A DNA stretch of 63,434 bases, filler included, from Octopus bimaculoides (lineage: Eukaryota): NCBI RefSeq assembly GCF_001194135.2. It is 5 parts of 5 records of this genome, joined end to end, with 100 filler letters (N's around TTAATTAATTAA, not from the genome) between each part and the next. Parts side by side here need not be neighbours in the genome. Positions count along the whole stretch, not along the records: positions 23,634 to 41,840 come from NC_069006.1; positions 41,941 to 57,938 come from NC_068991.1; 3 more parts are not named here. One strand, given 5' to 3'. The notes beneath the pieces were generated by a model. The model saw only the letters and a program-made list of their open reading frames with translations, searched no databases and was not told where the DNA came from. The position numbers were made by a program, and so were the translations under genes. Below are positions 37,262 through 50,414 of this stretch, piece by piece. Numbering within the stretch: position 1 is the first letter of the stretch; every line of letters begins with the position of its first letter.

Positions 37262-37700
37262 TACGAGGGGGTGCTGAAAAGTTCCTGGCTTTGAGTAACA
37301 GAAAATACAGGAGGATCAGTTGATTATGATTTTATTCAACATATTCTTCTCTCAGATTCAAACAGATATTGTTACAGTCATTGAGTTTTTCTTGGAAGGT
37401 TGAGCAACCAGGCCTTTTACAATACCCTTAAAGCCAGGAACTTTTCAGAACCACCCCATCATGTGTGTGTGTGTATATATATTACACACACACACGAGGG
37501 GGTGTTCAAAGTTCCTGGCTTTGGATAAAAGAAAATACAGGAGGATCTCAGTTAATTATGATTTTATTCAACACATTCCCCTCTCAGACTCACACTTATT
37601 GCAGCAGTCCTTCATTTTATTGGAGCCCTGTAAAAGAACTAGGTAGGTTGGGCCTCCAACCAGGTCTTTCATGATACCCTTAAAGCCAGCAATCCCTTGT
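37262..37700. mobile_element. Two tandem mariner-type MITEs (37262-37462, 37493-37700)
   Basis: TACGAGGGGGTGCTGAAAAGTTCCTGGCTTT with inverted AAAGCCAGGAACTTTTCAGAACCACCCC; second copy shares the internal GAAAATACAGGAGGATC...TTATGATTTTATTCAACA. Confidence 0.8.
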
Positions 37701-37703
37701 GTA

Positions 37704-37744
<41 letters not shown>

Positions 37745-37858
37745 ACTTTAAAGAGAGCTCAAAACTGATCCATTGAAAATACTGTGAGTATTTTGCTAAG
37801 TTTGTTAACAGATACTATATTCTTTTGCCTAATTTTTGGTATAAAAATATATATATAA

Positions 37859-37891
<33 letters not shown>

Positions 37892-38419
37892 CATGTATAT
37901 ATGTGTGTGCATGTGTATAAGCTTGTTTATCCTCCATCCACCACCACCACTTGACAACCGATGTTGGTCTGTTTACATAGCCAAAACTTAGCAGTTCAGC
38001 AAATGGGTCTGATAGAATAAGTACCAGGCTTAAAAAATAAATACTGAGGCTGATTTGGTCAACTATACTGTTCAAGGAAATGCTCCAGCATGGCTGTAGT
38101 TCAATGACAGAAATAAGTAAAGGATAAAAGATCTAACACTTTCCACATATACAGCCTGGCAGCAATAGTGTGTGCCATCCGGGGCAGCTCTTCAGTTTTG
38201 TGCCCCCAGGCCCCTACAAAACATACATATTACCTACAGCAGAGTCAAAAGTGGTGTTGCCTGGGGCAGACTGCCCCTTCTGTTAATGCCTGGTGGGGGT
38301 GACATCTGAACCTATTGAAACCCACCCCTTACTATGAATGTACATTAGATAACATAGTTCTATTATACTATAGGGCCTTCTTCCTTTCGTCATAGCAGAT
38401 CATGAGATTCTGCACTCTG

Positions 38420-38775
38420 AAAGCTCTTGTGCAAGATAGGTGAAGGCCCCTTTGGTCATGAATGACCATGGGATGGCACCTAGAAAGTTCCCCTCCAAAG
38501 CAAAGTTATTTATGGAAGACCAGCAATGGTCCATGCAAACCAACCAGCTTCCCCTATCCATGCCACTGATGTTATCCAAAGGAAAGGCAAAAGGGGTGGA
38601 ATAAAGCTTGGCACTAGTGACATCACAACTCATTTCAACAGATGAGTGAACTGGAGCAACATGAAAATAAAGCATCTTTGCTCAAGAATACAACACACAG
38701 CCCGGTCCGGGAATTGAACTCACTACCTCAAGATTGTGAGCCTGATACTCTAATAACTGAGCCATGTGCCTTCAC
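38420..38775 (-). mobile_element. SINE family D (tRNA head plus Nin/Deu-like domain); partial copies at 49700-49825 and 52838-52965
   Basis: Minus strand GTGAAGGCACATGGCTCAGTTATTAG...GAGTTCAATTCCCGG...GTGTTGTATTCTTGAGCAAAGATGCTT...GCTCCAGTTCACTC. Confidence 0.7.
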
Positions 38776-38929
38776 TGGGCAATGATATTTTGAGGAAAAC
38801 AAGAAGCTGCTAATGCATGCAAGTCTCCCTTCATTCAGCTCGGCACCAATGGTATGATCTCCAAGGAGAGATAAACATTATATTCAAAACCCTGAATATA
38901 AAATGGTTAATCTTTTACCGTTTATTTGT

Positions 38930-39530
38930 TTTAGTCATTGGACTCTGGCCATGCTGGGGCAACACCTTCAAGAATTTTTAGTTGAATGAATCAACACCAG
39001 TAATTCTTTTTTTTTTTTTTTCAAGCCTGGTACTTATTCTATTGGTCTCTTTTGCTGAACCAAGTTACAGGGATGGAAACATAGCAACACCAGTTGTCAA
39101 GCAGTGGTGGGGGACAAACACACACATATATACGACAGGCTTCTTCGGTTTCTTATTTCTTTATAGCCCACAAGGGGCTAACCATAGAGGGGACAAACAA
39201 AGACAGACAAAGGGATTAAGTCAATTACATTGACCCCAGTGTGTAACTGGTACTGTATTTATTGACCCCGAAAGGATGAAAGGCAAAGTCGACCTCGGCG
39301 GGATTTGAACTCAGAACGTAACGGCAGACGAAATACTAATAAGCATTTCGCCCAACGTGCTAACGTTTCTGCCAGCTCGCCGCCTTTCAGTTTCTGTCTA
39401 CCAAATCCACTCAAAAGGCTTTGGTCAATCTGAGGCTATAGTAGAAGACACTTGCCCAAGGTGCCATGCAGTGGGACTGAACCTAGAACCATGTGGTTGG
39501 GAAGCAAGCTTCTTACCACACAGCCATACC
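38930..39530 (-). mobile_element. SINE family A interrupted by a SINE family B (39153-39384)
   Basis: A tail 38930-39152 and A head 39385-39530 are colinear; the B copy sits between TTCGGTTTC and TTTCAGTTTC (imperfect TSD). Confidence 0.8.
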
Positions 39531-40528
39531 AGGTATAATTTACAAGTTGACACAGAAAGAGAATTAAAAATTATAAGATGAGAAATTAGTAACCACAACA
39601 ATAATAATAAAAAAAGAAATCAAAGAAAAATTTGTATGAAATCATTTGACAGGTAGTAAAAACCTGTTTCAATTAATGTTTTTTTCTTAATCAATGTAAG
39701 TGTTTATTCACATAAAAATGCAGCTTATTTCTGCACCACAATTATAATACTTAAAAAATTATTTGGTTGTTTTGCAGAAAACAGTCAACATTTATGAAAT
39801 TATGAAACTGTTTTCCATCACCCCACCTTCCCTTCATTTTCCCTCACATATCCACCCACATCCCTCTGCTCCTGTTAACTGGCAGAGACATTAGCAAACC
39901 AAGCAAAATGCTTAGTGGTATTATATTTCTCTTTACGTTCTAAGTTCAAATTCCGTCGAGGTCAACTTTGCCTTTCGTCCTTTCAGGGTCGATAAGTTAA
40001 GTACCAGTTGTGTACTGGTTCAATCTAATCGACTGGTCCCCTCCCCAAAAATTTTGAGCCTTGTGCCTAGAGTAGAAAAGAATATACTCCTGTTAAACCC
40101 ACCCCACACCACCACCACCACCACTGTCATTTCAAAATCTTGTGAACTCACTCACTTGTCTACTGTTGCCAATTCCAAGTTCACTTCCCTGTATACACCA
40201 CCGTGTAACTTGGATCTATGGGCCCTGCCCCGTCTCAGTTACATCTTTACCATCTCTCTCTCCACCTTCCAAAGCAAGTCATGTCTCTTGGTCCCTTAAT
40301 ACTACCACCCTGCAATTGTGAAGAGTCTTGTCCTGCAAGTTATTTGGTGACCTCACTGGTGTGGGTGCCATATAAAAAGCACCCGGTACACTCTGCAAAG
40401 CGATTGATGTTAGGAAGGACATCCAGGCATAGAAACCATGCCAAATTAGAGAGCAGAATCTGGTGCAGTCTTCTGACTTGCCAGTTCTTGTCAAACCATT
40501 CTACCCATGCCAGTATAGAAGACAGATA

Positions 40529-41450
40529 TTAATACTTCAGCATTTAAACTGGCCATATCTGACTCAAATATGCTACCTGTTTCGTGTTCTAACGATCCAG
40601 CCTATCACACCTACCCTTCAATGCCATCATAAAATATACAAATACCATCAAAATTTCAAAGCTACAAAATAATGTATGATTAAGTAAAGATAATTTGAAT
40701 GAAAATGTATTACATTTGGTAGAATAATCTGAATGTTAACCCTTCTGTTACCATATTTCTGTTGAGATATTCTTTGTTTCTTTCAATTAATTTTAAATAT
40801 AACAAAGGATTTAGTAAAATAACTTCGTTATCATTAAGCTAGTGTTAGGAACATAAATTGTGACTAAGGTTTGGTGGAAGATTTTAATTCAAAACTTATG
40901 AAAACAAGACATTTGTACTACAGAGCCAGTTTCAGACAGGTTGATATCAAAAGGGTTAAGAATTGTTTCTGTATTATATATTTTAACCCTTTTGTTACCC
41001 TATTTCTGTTGAGATGCTCTGCGTTACTTTCAATTAATTTTAAATATAACAAAGAATTTAGTAAAATAACTTAGTTACCATTAAGCTAGTGTTAGGAACA
41101 GAAACTGACACTAAATTGACACAAGACATTCGTACAACAGAGCCGGAGGCGGTTTCAGGTGGTTTGGTACCAAAACGGTTAAAGGGTCAAATAAGGATGA
41201 GACTGGGCATTTAAATTTCACATCACATCTGCCTAAACCCTTTAGCATTCAGATAATTCTGTCAAATTTAATGCTTATTCATTCACATTGCTTTTAGTTA
41301 ATCATGTCGCGTTGAGATTTCAATGATGTGATTGTTTATTTTTAGAATGATATTGTAGGGTAGGTATGAGAGGCTGGATATGCTTGGTTTGAACATAAAA
41401 TGGGTAGAATATTTTGGCCAAATATGGCTGGTTTAAATGTTAAAGGGTGG
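40529..41450. mobile_element. Cluster of four piggyBac-type (TTAA) MITEs from two families
   Basis: TTAA-CCCTT...AAGGG-TTAA elements at 40736-40959 and 40983-41182 (related to each other); second family at 40529-40739 (reverse) and 41234-41448 (CCCTTTAGCATT...AATGTTAAAGGG). Confidence 0.8.
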
Positions 41451-41840
41451 AACCCTTTTGATAGCAATCTGCTTGAGACAGCCCCTCGTTATGTGATATA
41501 AACTTGATTGGGTTTACACAAATAAAGCAGTAATAAATTAAAATATCCATCTAGATATCATAATTCACATATACACATGACCGACAAGCAATGTATTATA
41601 ATTATCAGCGGAGGTAAAATCTTTCATGGATGTACTGTGTTAAAATCAATTTAATCTGAGTGCAGGAGTGGCTGTGTGGTTAAAAGCTTGCTTCCCAACC
41701 ACATGGTCCTGGGTTCAGTTCCACTGTGTGGCAACTTGAGAAAGTGTCTTCTAATATAGCCTCAGGCCAACCAAAGCTTAGTGATTCAATTCAGTAAATG
41801 GAGGGGGGGGGAAACCCCATCACATATATATATATATATA

Positions 41841-41940
41841 NNNNNNNNNNNNNNNNNNNNNNNNNNNNNNNNNNNNNNNNNNNNTTAATTAATTAANNNN
41901 NNNNNNNNNNNNNNNNNNNNNNNNNNNNNNNNNNNNNNNN
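41841..41940. other. Artificial scaffold-join spacer
   Basis: N44-TTAATTAATTAA-N44 (linker 41885-41896). Confidence 0.95.
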
Positions 41941-41998
41941 TATAAATATAAATAAATATATATAAATATATATAAATATATATATATTTATATTTTAC

Positions 41999-42038
<40 letters not shown>

Positions 42039-42706
42039 CAAAAAATTTATAAATACATACACAATCATACATACACATTAACTAAATACACATATGTAAA
42101 TACATGCTGTCACCAATACATAGACACACGTACACACAAATATATGTTCAGCCCTTCTGACCAATACAGAAATCAGAGATGCTGATGATGATAATAATGA
42201 AGAGAAAAAACATGATGATAATGATGATGATGATGATGATGATGACAATGGTTATTGCTTTTATTTGCCACAAGGGTGACAGATGGAACAAGATTACAAC
42301 AACAGCAAAAAAAAAAAAAGAAAAAAAACGATGGGGATTTATGTAGTATTGATTATGAGAAAGAAAAAAAAAACAATAACGACAAAATAAAAAAAATAAT
42401 AACACACAAACAGAAAAAAAAAAGAAATAATGAAAGTAAATAAATATTTCCATTTTCCAAGACTGTATTGTTCAATCCTCAGGAGATACGACAATAAATT
42501 CAGGTTCTGTAACAAGAGCGATGCTTTTAAGTCACAAAACCAACAAAATTATGTAAAAAAGAAAAGGAAAAAATTCCTCTGAAATATGTCAGTTTATATT
42601 CCACTGTCTGTGTATGTGTGTCTGAGTGTGTGTGTGTATATGTATTTATTTATAAGTATGTGTAAGTATATGAATATATATATAAGAATATGTATAAATA
42701 TGTATA

Positions 42707-42740
<34 letters not shown>

Positions 42741-42780
42741 TATATATGTGAGTGTGTATATAGCTGTATATATATGTATG

Positions 42781-42837
<57 letters not shown>

Positions 42838-42985
42838 NNNNNNNNNNNNNNNNNNNNNNNNNNNNNNNNNNNNNNNNNNNNNNNNNNNNNNNNNNNNNNN
42901 NNNNNNNNNNNNNNNNNNNNNNNNNNNNNNNNNNNNNNNNNNNNNNNNNNNNNNNNNNNNNNNNNNNNNNNNNNNNNNNNNNNNN

Positions 42986-43025
<40 letters not shown>

Positions 43026-43055
43026 GTGTGTATATACATATATATATATATATTA

Positions 43056-43088
<33 letters not shown>

Positions 43089-43794
43089 GGGGTGAATATG
43101 TATTAGTGGACAGGAGACAAGGGTAGGGGAGAAAAATGCTTATATTGTAAGTAACAATTGGGAAAAGAAATAGAAATGTTTGTTATAGGAGGAGAGAGAG
43201 AGAGGGAGAGAGAGAGTTTATATAGTAGAAAATAGAGGGAGATATTTATATCATAGTCAAGAATAGGTGAGTGTATGAGATTAGGAGCTTCTTTCAGTTA
43301 CCATCTATCAAATCAACTCACAAGGCTTTGGTCGGCCAAGGGCTATAGTAGAAGACACCTGCCCAAGACATGGCAAAGTGGGACTGAACCTGAGACCAGA
43401 TGGTCCTAAAGCAAGCTTATCAACCACATAGTGACGCAATACATAACACTGTACACATATATTTACTTAGTTGCATGCGCATACACACACAACTACACAC
43501 AGGGATGGCAGTGCGGTAAGAAGTTTACTTCCCAACCACATGGTTCTGGGTTTAGTCCCACTGCATGGCACCTTGGGCAAGTAAGTGTTTTCTATTATAG
43601 CCTCAAGCTGACCAAAACCTTGTGAGTGGATTTGGTAGATAGAAGAAATAAGTATATGTGAACTACTCATCCACTTAAAGCATTGAACGAGGAGTTTGTA
43701 GTTCCATTATCAAATAACGGTAATGCTCATCTTTGGAACAGATGCAAGCTCTGTGTATCCAATGCAATGATTGATGCAGGAATTCACAACTAAC

Positions 43795-43865
43795 AGAGAA
43801 GAATTGTGTTTCTGTCGGTTGGAGTATTATTTGGAATTAGTTCTGCATCTTTCGTGAAGAGGTAG
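43795..43865 (-). CDS. Candidate internal exon of the minus-strand gene
   Basis: Acceptor TTTTTCCTATCTACCTAG, donor T|GTTAGT, phase 2 to 1, YLFTKDAELIPNNTPTDRNTILL; phase-compatible with the exon ending at 48014. Confidence 0.4.
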
Positions 43866-44470
43866 CTAGGTAGATAGGAAAAAGAGATAAACAGACAGAC
43901 AGAGAGGGAGATTAATAGATAGCTAGGGAATCAGGGAGAAAGACTGATCAATAGATAGAAAAATATAGAGAAAGAGACAGACAAGGAGGAGAGAGAGAGA
44001 GAAAGAGAAAGAGAGAGAGAGAGAGAAAGAAAGAGAGAGAGAAAGAGAAAGAGAGAAAAAAAGAGGAGGCTAAGTTCAAATCATTTATCTCACTTGTACA
44101 ATGTAAATTTTATCAAAGAATATTATGCATGCATATACATTCATGCATACACACATTGCTATATAATGTCACATATACGCATATATATATGCGTTTCTGT
44201 GTGCATATGTGTAATTAACTATGTGAATGATGTGTAAATCTATAGTTTGTACAAATATATTGTGTATGCACATGCATATAATATACATAGATATATATAC
44301 ATAAATATATATATGTGTATGTATATATATAAAGTATGAGAGCGATAGTACTATCAAGAATACCATATATATGCACGTATGTATATACACACACATATAC
44401 ATATGTATATGTTTATATGTATTGCATTTAAACTAATAAATGCAGAGCTATGATTTGTTTTTGCAAATAC

Positions 44471-44512
<42 letters not shown>

Positions 44513-45254
44513 GTGTGTGTGTGTATGTGAAGTGGAAACATTGAAATAAAGTAAGCTTCCAATGTTGGACATCTGTAGAGACAGCAAATGTGGCTTAGTG
44601 TTAAGTAGCTGACAAATTACCTGTGAAGCTAGCGAGATACATGTGGGAAGGAAAAAAAGTTCAGTTAAAATGCCAATAATTTGCATACACCCCACCTCAC
44701 ACACACGCGCAAATGCATGCACACACACACACTCACACATACACATTTACACACACCATTTTCAAAAAGAAGGGCTGCAAACTCAATCTGTATTGTCGTG
44801 TGTTTCGATGTATGTGTTTCATGCATATGTATACATCCACACACACGCACACATACACACACACTCACATACATATGTATGTATGTCTATATGCATGTAT
44901 ATATACATGTGTGTGTGTGTGCATATATCTATGTGTGTGTATGTGTGTAAGTTGTCTCAAAGTCCATAAATCGGGAAAAAATGCCCTCGTATATCAACCA
45001 ATAGAGTGGGTGTAATATCCGAAGTGTACAAGAACACTTACAAACACATCCCTCTTCCTCTTCCTTCTTCCTCCAGTCCTTTCTTCCTCTCTTATTCTCT
45101 TTGTATCTTGACCTCACCTCTCTCTTTCTTTTTCCAGGTGGGCAAGCCATGTATTCTCCTCTTCAACAAGACACCTGCTCCTTCCCCCTCTATCCTACTT
45201 TCTTATCCCTCAATACAACACCCCTTGGTTGATGGGGGCTTTTTTCTCTGATGT

Positions 45255-45455
45255 TGGCAATGGATCCTTTGTGATTGGTGAGTAATGAACTTGGTTTTAC
45301 TAGGATTAACAAGCAGTCCCACATCTTGTGCAGTTAATTCCAGGCTCTGAAGTAATTGGATAGAACTTGAAATTGTGTCAGAGAGCAGGGATGAATCATC
45401 AGCATAGTCTACACCAATTATTTTCTGAGCTCGATGTCTGATCAGTCTTCTTTAA
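45255..45455 (-). mobile_element. RTE-clade LINE reverse transcriptase fragment
   Basis: KIIGVDYADDSSLLSDTISSSIQLLQSLELTAQDVGLLVNPSKTKFI; YADD codons at 45395-45406. Confidence 0.8.
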
Positions 45456-45461
45456 GCAAGT

Positions 45462-45855
45462 AGGCGTAGGAGTGGCTGTGTGGTAAGTAGCTTGCTTACC
45501 AACCACATGGTTCCGGGTTCAGTCCCACTGCGTAGCACCTTTGGCAAGTGTCTTCTACTATAGCCTTGGGCCGACCAAAGACTTGTGAGTGGATTTGGTA
45601 GACGGAAACTGAAAGAAGCCCGTCGTATACATGTATATATATATATATGTGTTTGTGTGTCTGTGTTTGTCCCGCCACCATCGCTCGACAACTGATGGTG
45701 GTGTGTTTACATCCCTGTAACTTAGTGGTTTGGCAAAAGAGACTAATAGAATAAGTGCTAGGCTTACAAAGAATAATTCCTGGGGTCGATTTGCTCGACT
45801 AAAAGCGGTGCTCCAGCATGGCCACAGTCAAATGACTGAAACAAGTAAAAGAGTA
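45462..45855 (+). mobile_element. SINE family A, full-length reference copy
   Basis: A box TGGCTGTGTGG, B box GGTTCAGTCCC, CORE/Nin-like CACCTTTGGCAAGTGTCTT, internal AT/GT microsatellite, tail GTCAAATGACTGAAACAAGTAAAAGAG. Further partial copies at about 41660, 43285, 43495, 50858, 51465, 53215. Confidence 0.9.
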
Positions 45856-45919
45856 AGTGGGAAACCATGAATGTTTAGGTTGTGAAGTGATATTCTGAGA
45901 TAGCCTCAACTGTAATGGA

Positions 45920-46200
45920 TAACCAAAGCATGGTCAGCCCAGAGACCCTAAACAGGGGGTCTTTTTATGCAACAGTGGAGTCAGTCCTTTTATATGGAGC
46001 AACAGCCTGGATGCTTGCCAAAAAAACTGGAATGTAAGCTAGATGGAACTTACACCTGAATGTCAAGAGCAATCTTAAACATATCTTGGAGAACTCACCC
46101 CATCAAGAAACAACTGAATGAAGATCTGGTTGTGCTTTGCAAGACATTGCTGGTGAGTTAAACAAGTGCTGGCAAGTGACCGACTGCTAGGGATGCCAAA
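45920..46200 (+). mobile_element. RTE-clade LINE ORF2 fragment (downstream of RT)
   Basis: FYATVESVLLYGATAWML...LECKLDGTYT*MSRAILNISWRTHP. Confidence 0.75.
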
Positions 46201-46789
46201 GCATGAATGTACTCAAGCAGGTCGTCCAAACGCAATATATGCAGATCAACTCTCAATGAATTTCTCCTCAGAGACCTCTCTCAGATGGTGTGTGTGGGTT
46301 TAAAATGTCCAAGCAAGCTCGACCATGTCATGGGGTTGACCATACCTCACTCAGTGCTGGTACCATGTAAAAAGTACACAGTGAAGTGGTTGGCATTAGG
46401 AAGGGTATCTAGCTATAGAAACTATGCTAAAGCAAACTGAACATTAGAACTTGGTGCATCCTCCTGCTGTGTCTGTTCATGTTGAACCATCCAACCCATA
46501 CCAGCATAAAAAAAGAACATTAAATGATGATGATGATATACACACACACTCTGAACTGTGTAAAGTTGAATTACAACTGATGGACTTGTAGTTTCTATCT
46601 TCCCCAGTCCATTCACAAAATTATGACGGAAGACACTTTCCCTAATTTCCAAATAGTAGCAAGAAAAATTATCTGTGGAAAAACTAAAGAAATTAATTGA
46701 ATGTAAGGGAGACAACTTTTGATTGTCTATGAAATTGTTTTTCTTCTTTTTTTTCTCTCAGTAAAAATCTAAAATTAAGCATGAGCGAA

Positions 46790-46960
46790 TGTGATTATTT
46801 GGATTATTTGATGCTTCTTTACTCAACATTCATCCTTGATATGATATGCACGTCTCCATATCAGTTTAGTCTTCTCTCTTGTACATCACATCCAATTCTT
46901 CGTACGCTGAGATTTTTCTCTCAGCTCATTTGTCACCATGCAATAGCATTTTTCATCTAC
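46790..46960 (-). mobile_element. RTE-clade LINE ORF2 fragment
   Basis: Decayed NELREK...VRRIGCDVQERRLN*YGDV, corresponding to the RRLRWYGHV motif. Confidence 0.55.
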
Positions 46961-47780
46961 AAGAATTACACAAATTGCTCTTCATTCATCAACAGAATCC
47001 TTTTGTTGGCTGAAGAAGTAATAGGTCCTTGAAAATTTCCACCATGCCATAACTCATGATTATATGTGTATGTGTGTGTCCATGCATGCATGTGTGTGTA
47101 TATGCATGTACACACATATATATATATATACATATATGTTAATTAGTCAAAGTGCACAGAATTACATATCTATTACATCCGATCTTACCAATCAGTTTCG
47201 TGCTAGAGGTACAACAGAGTGTTAAGTAACAGCACAGTTATGTAACCCAGCGCTCTTCAGAGATGGCAGTTCTGGTTGCAATGGATATACAATACTGTAC
47301 ACTTCAATTAATATACCTGCTCCATTGACGAATATATGAGTGCGTATTTTTTTCTAATCTATACATTCTTAGACAATATATACATATATATATATATATG
47401 TATTAGGGAATATGAATGTGTGTATGTATATATGTATGAATATATATTTGTGTGCACATGCATATCTCTTTTACTGTTACAAATTTCAGTCATTAAAGAT
47501 GACAGCCCCATAAAGATGGTACCCAGCATGTATCCATGCTGGGGGACCTTCTTTCAGGATTTATAGTCTGCTACTTACCTTGTCAATATTCATTAACCAA
47601 ATAGCTAAGTTAATTGTGAGGTAAAGGGCCACAACTCAACACCATTCCACATCAGTAAACATAAACCCACATTCACAAGCACAGATGTCTAAGACAGGTT
47701 CCCCACAGTTTTTTTTTTCTTTTTTAATTAATATGGTTAGTCAGTTACTTTTATATTAGCATCAACAAAAAGTTTTTAAA

Positions 47781-47824
<44 letters not shown>

Positions 47825-47839
47825 ATAGTAGTGGTGGTG

Positions 47840-47872
<33 letters not shown>

Positions 47873-48013
47873 ATAGTAGTAGTAGTAGTAGTCGTAGCAG
47901 TAGTAGTAAATCTGTGTTTTGTAGTTATTAAATAAGCAGCCATATTTACAGGAAAACATTTTTTTTTCTTTTTTTTTTTTTGCTTTAAAGATTATTTCAT
48001 GAGTATGTATTAC

Positions 48014-48219
48014 TATTGTAGCCACAGTTTCTGATAATTCGAACGAAGAGTATCCATATATGAGTGACTGAGTATGTTTAAAAGAATGACATCATCAGTG
48101 ACACTGGGAGTAACCATGAATGAGCAAATGTCTTTAGTGTTATCAAGAGTATCACCACAAGCCTGATTGAAAAAGCCTATAATCAAAGGCATTCCAGCTA
48201 TGACCACTTCACGGAATGC
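48014..48219 (-). CDS. Exon of the unknown minus-strand gene (internal via TA|GTAATA, or terminal with TAG at 48013-48015)
   Basis: Acceptor GTAACTCTAG, phase 0 matching the exon at 49086-49112; AFREVVIAGMPLIIGFFNQACGDTLDNTKDICSFMVTPSVTDDVILLNILSHSYMDTLRSNYQKLWLQ. Confidence 0.5.
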
Positions 48220-48487
48220 CTAGAGTTACATTATCCAATCTGTCCTTCACTTGCTTAAGAAGTTAGGCTTCTATTTAAAAGTCATTTGCTTGCTATTCCT
48301 TGCAGGCTGAGTGGTTATATAGAGGCTATTTGACTGAGTGTACTTTGTACAGCAGCAATATTGATTGTTGTTGTTGTTGTTGCCGCTGTTTAACAGCAGG
48401 TCAGCCTTGATCGAGTACACCTATGATCAAAATCGTCTCACCCATGATCATCCTATCATTTTCTTTCAGACAAAGTGTATCCTAGAC

Positions 48488-48781
48488 TAGTGCTACTCAA
48501 AGTGGTGGTCCACAGACTGGCACCGGTCTGCGAGCCATTAGCTGCCAGTACGCAGTGAGTTTCCAGAAAAAGAAACATTATAAAATGCTTATGTAATATT
48601 TGTATTATTTGTTTACAAAATAAATATAAGATAAAAACAAATTGTCAACTTTTATAATATTCATTATATATATATTGTTTCCGGTATAAATTAATATTAC
48701 TAAGAAATATTACTGGTCCCTGGCACATTGGAAAAAAAAAAAACTCCCGGTATGCCACATCAGATAGTTTGAGAAGCACTG
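48488..48781. mobile_element. hAT (Charlie-type) MITE
   Basis: TIRs TAGTGCTACTCAAA / TTTGAGAAGCACTG; 8-bp TSD TCCTAGAC / TCCAAGAC (7/8). Confidence 0.85.
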
Positions 48782-49085
48782 TCCAAGACCACATTATCCA
48801 ATGTATTCTTTTCTTTTGAAAGACATTAGGGTATAAATTGGGAAAGAGATTTGATTGCTATTTCTAGCAGGCCACCATACAGCGGCTCCTTCATTGATTC
48901 ATGGTAGCAGTTCTTATTGATGGGGGAAAGGGTTCTTTTAAGATTTAAGTACAGTATTTTGTATTCTGTCCTGTAGAACATGTTGAGAGAAACAAACCAT
49001 TGTGATAAAGATATCAATAACAGAAAGTATTAGAGATTATAGCTTCATACCAAACATTGTGCTAGTTCTTAATAAACAGACTTAC

Positions 49086-49112
49086 TCTGACAGCTCTTGT
49101 ATGACTCATCAT
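49086..49112 (-). CDS. 27-nt microexon of the unknown minus-strand gene
   Basis: Acceptor TTTATATTTGGTACAG, donor AGA|GTAAGT, phase 0 to 0, MMSHTRAVR. Confidence 0.6.
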
Positions 49113-50326
49113 CTGTACCAAATATAAATACATGTAAAACATAGTAGACAAATGAAGAAACTGATGGAGATCTTGGAAAACAAAATCAGATGGTTCAGTG
49201 CAGATGTCTGGATGCTGACAATTTGGCACAGCTGATTGGGAATTCAGCCTGTTTTGATGATAGTATATTTTGGTACTCGAGGCAAACAGACTCACACACA
49301 CATGCACGGAAATATAGACATACAGATAGAAAGAGTGAAAGAGAGAGACAGAGAGACAGAGAGACATTACAATTTCTAAACTGAACACAGCTGACATAAA
49401 TGCTTTCTTCTCTCCTCATACACACACATAAACAGAAGCAGACAGACAGAGACAGTAAGAGAGAGTGGAGGGGTGCGGGGAGAGGAAGAGAGACACATTG
49501 AAATGTCTGATGTCAAATAAGTCAGCATTGAATCATCAATGTCAAATAGGCGATGTCAAAATGTCTCATACTCCTTGGAAAATGTATACATATATGTGCA
49601 AATGTGTGAATATGCATGTATGGGATATATATACATCTGTGTGCGCATACATATAAATAAATGTATGTGTGCACATATATATATATGTATGTATGAGATG
49701 TGTAGTGTAGCGGTAAGGCAAATCAGCTCGCAATTATAAGGTCGTGGGTTTGATTCCCTGTCCAGATGTGTTGTATCCTTGGACAAAGCACTTCATTCCA
49801 GTTCACTCAGTAGCAAAAATGAGTGCCTGGTGAGCATCAGCTTAGCACAGCAGAGTTAATAAGTGTTAACAAGTCAGTATAGGACCTAAAGCCTTCACGT
49901 ATGAAGCAGGATATGTCCAGCAGAAAAATACTACATTCATTATTTACCGTTTCTAAGTATATGTATGTATATATGTGTAAATGTATATGCATGTAAAGGC
50001 AGAATACGGCCATATGGTTACAAATTTGCTCTGCAGCCATGAAATCTGAGGATCAATCCCACTGCATGGCATTCTTGGTAAATATCCTTTTCTACAGCCT
50101 TGGTGAGCTGACAGAATCATTAGCTCACTGGACAAAACACTTAGCAACATTTTGTTCATCTTTATGCTCTGAGTTCAAATTCCACTCAGGTCAACTTTGC
50201 CTTTCATCCACAACACATTGACTACTTTAATATGGGGCTCAAACCCATGGCCAGTACTTTAACTTTATCACAATTGCACTCCTATAACCAGTGCCATTAG
50301 CAGAATCGAACTTGCAATGTCCTTAC

Positions 50327-50414
50327 CTCTGGAGGATGTTCGACAGGGACAAGTTCTGGGATTTTATCATTGGTTTCTTTTGTGATGGACTTACATTTGA
50401 TGGCAGCTTGTACC
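50327..50414 (-). CDS. Exon of the unknown minus-strand gene
   Basis: Acceptor TTTCCTTTTTCTCTCCAG, donor GAG|GTAAGG, phase 2 to 0, (L)VQAAIKCKSITKETNDKIPELVPVEHPPE. Confidence 0.8.
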
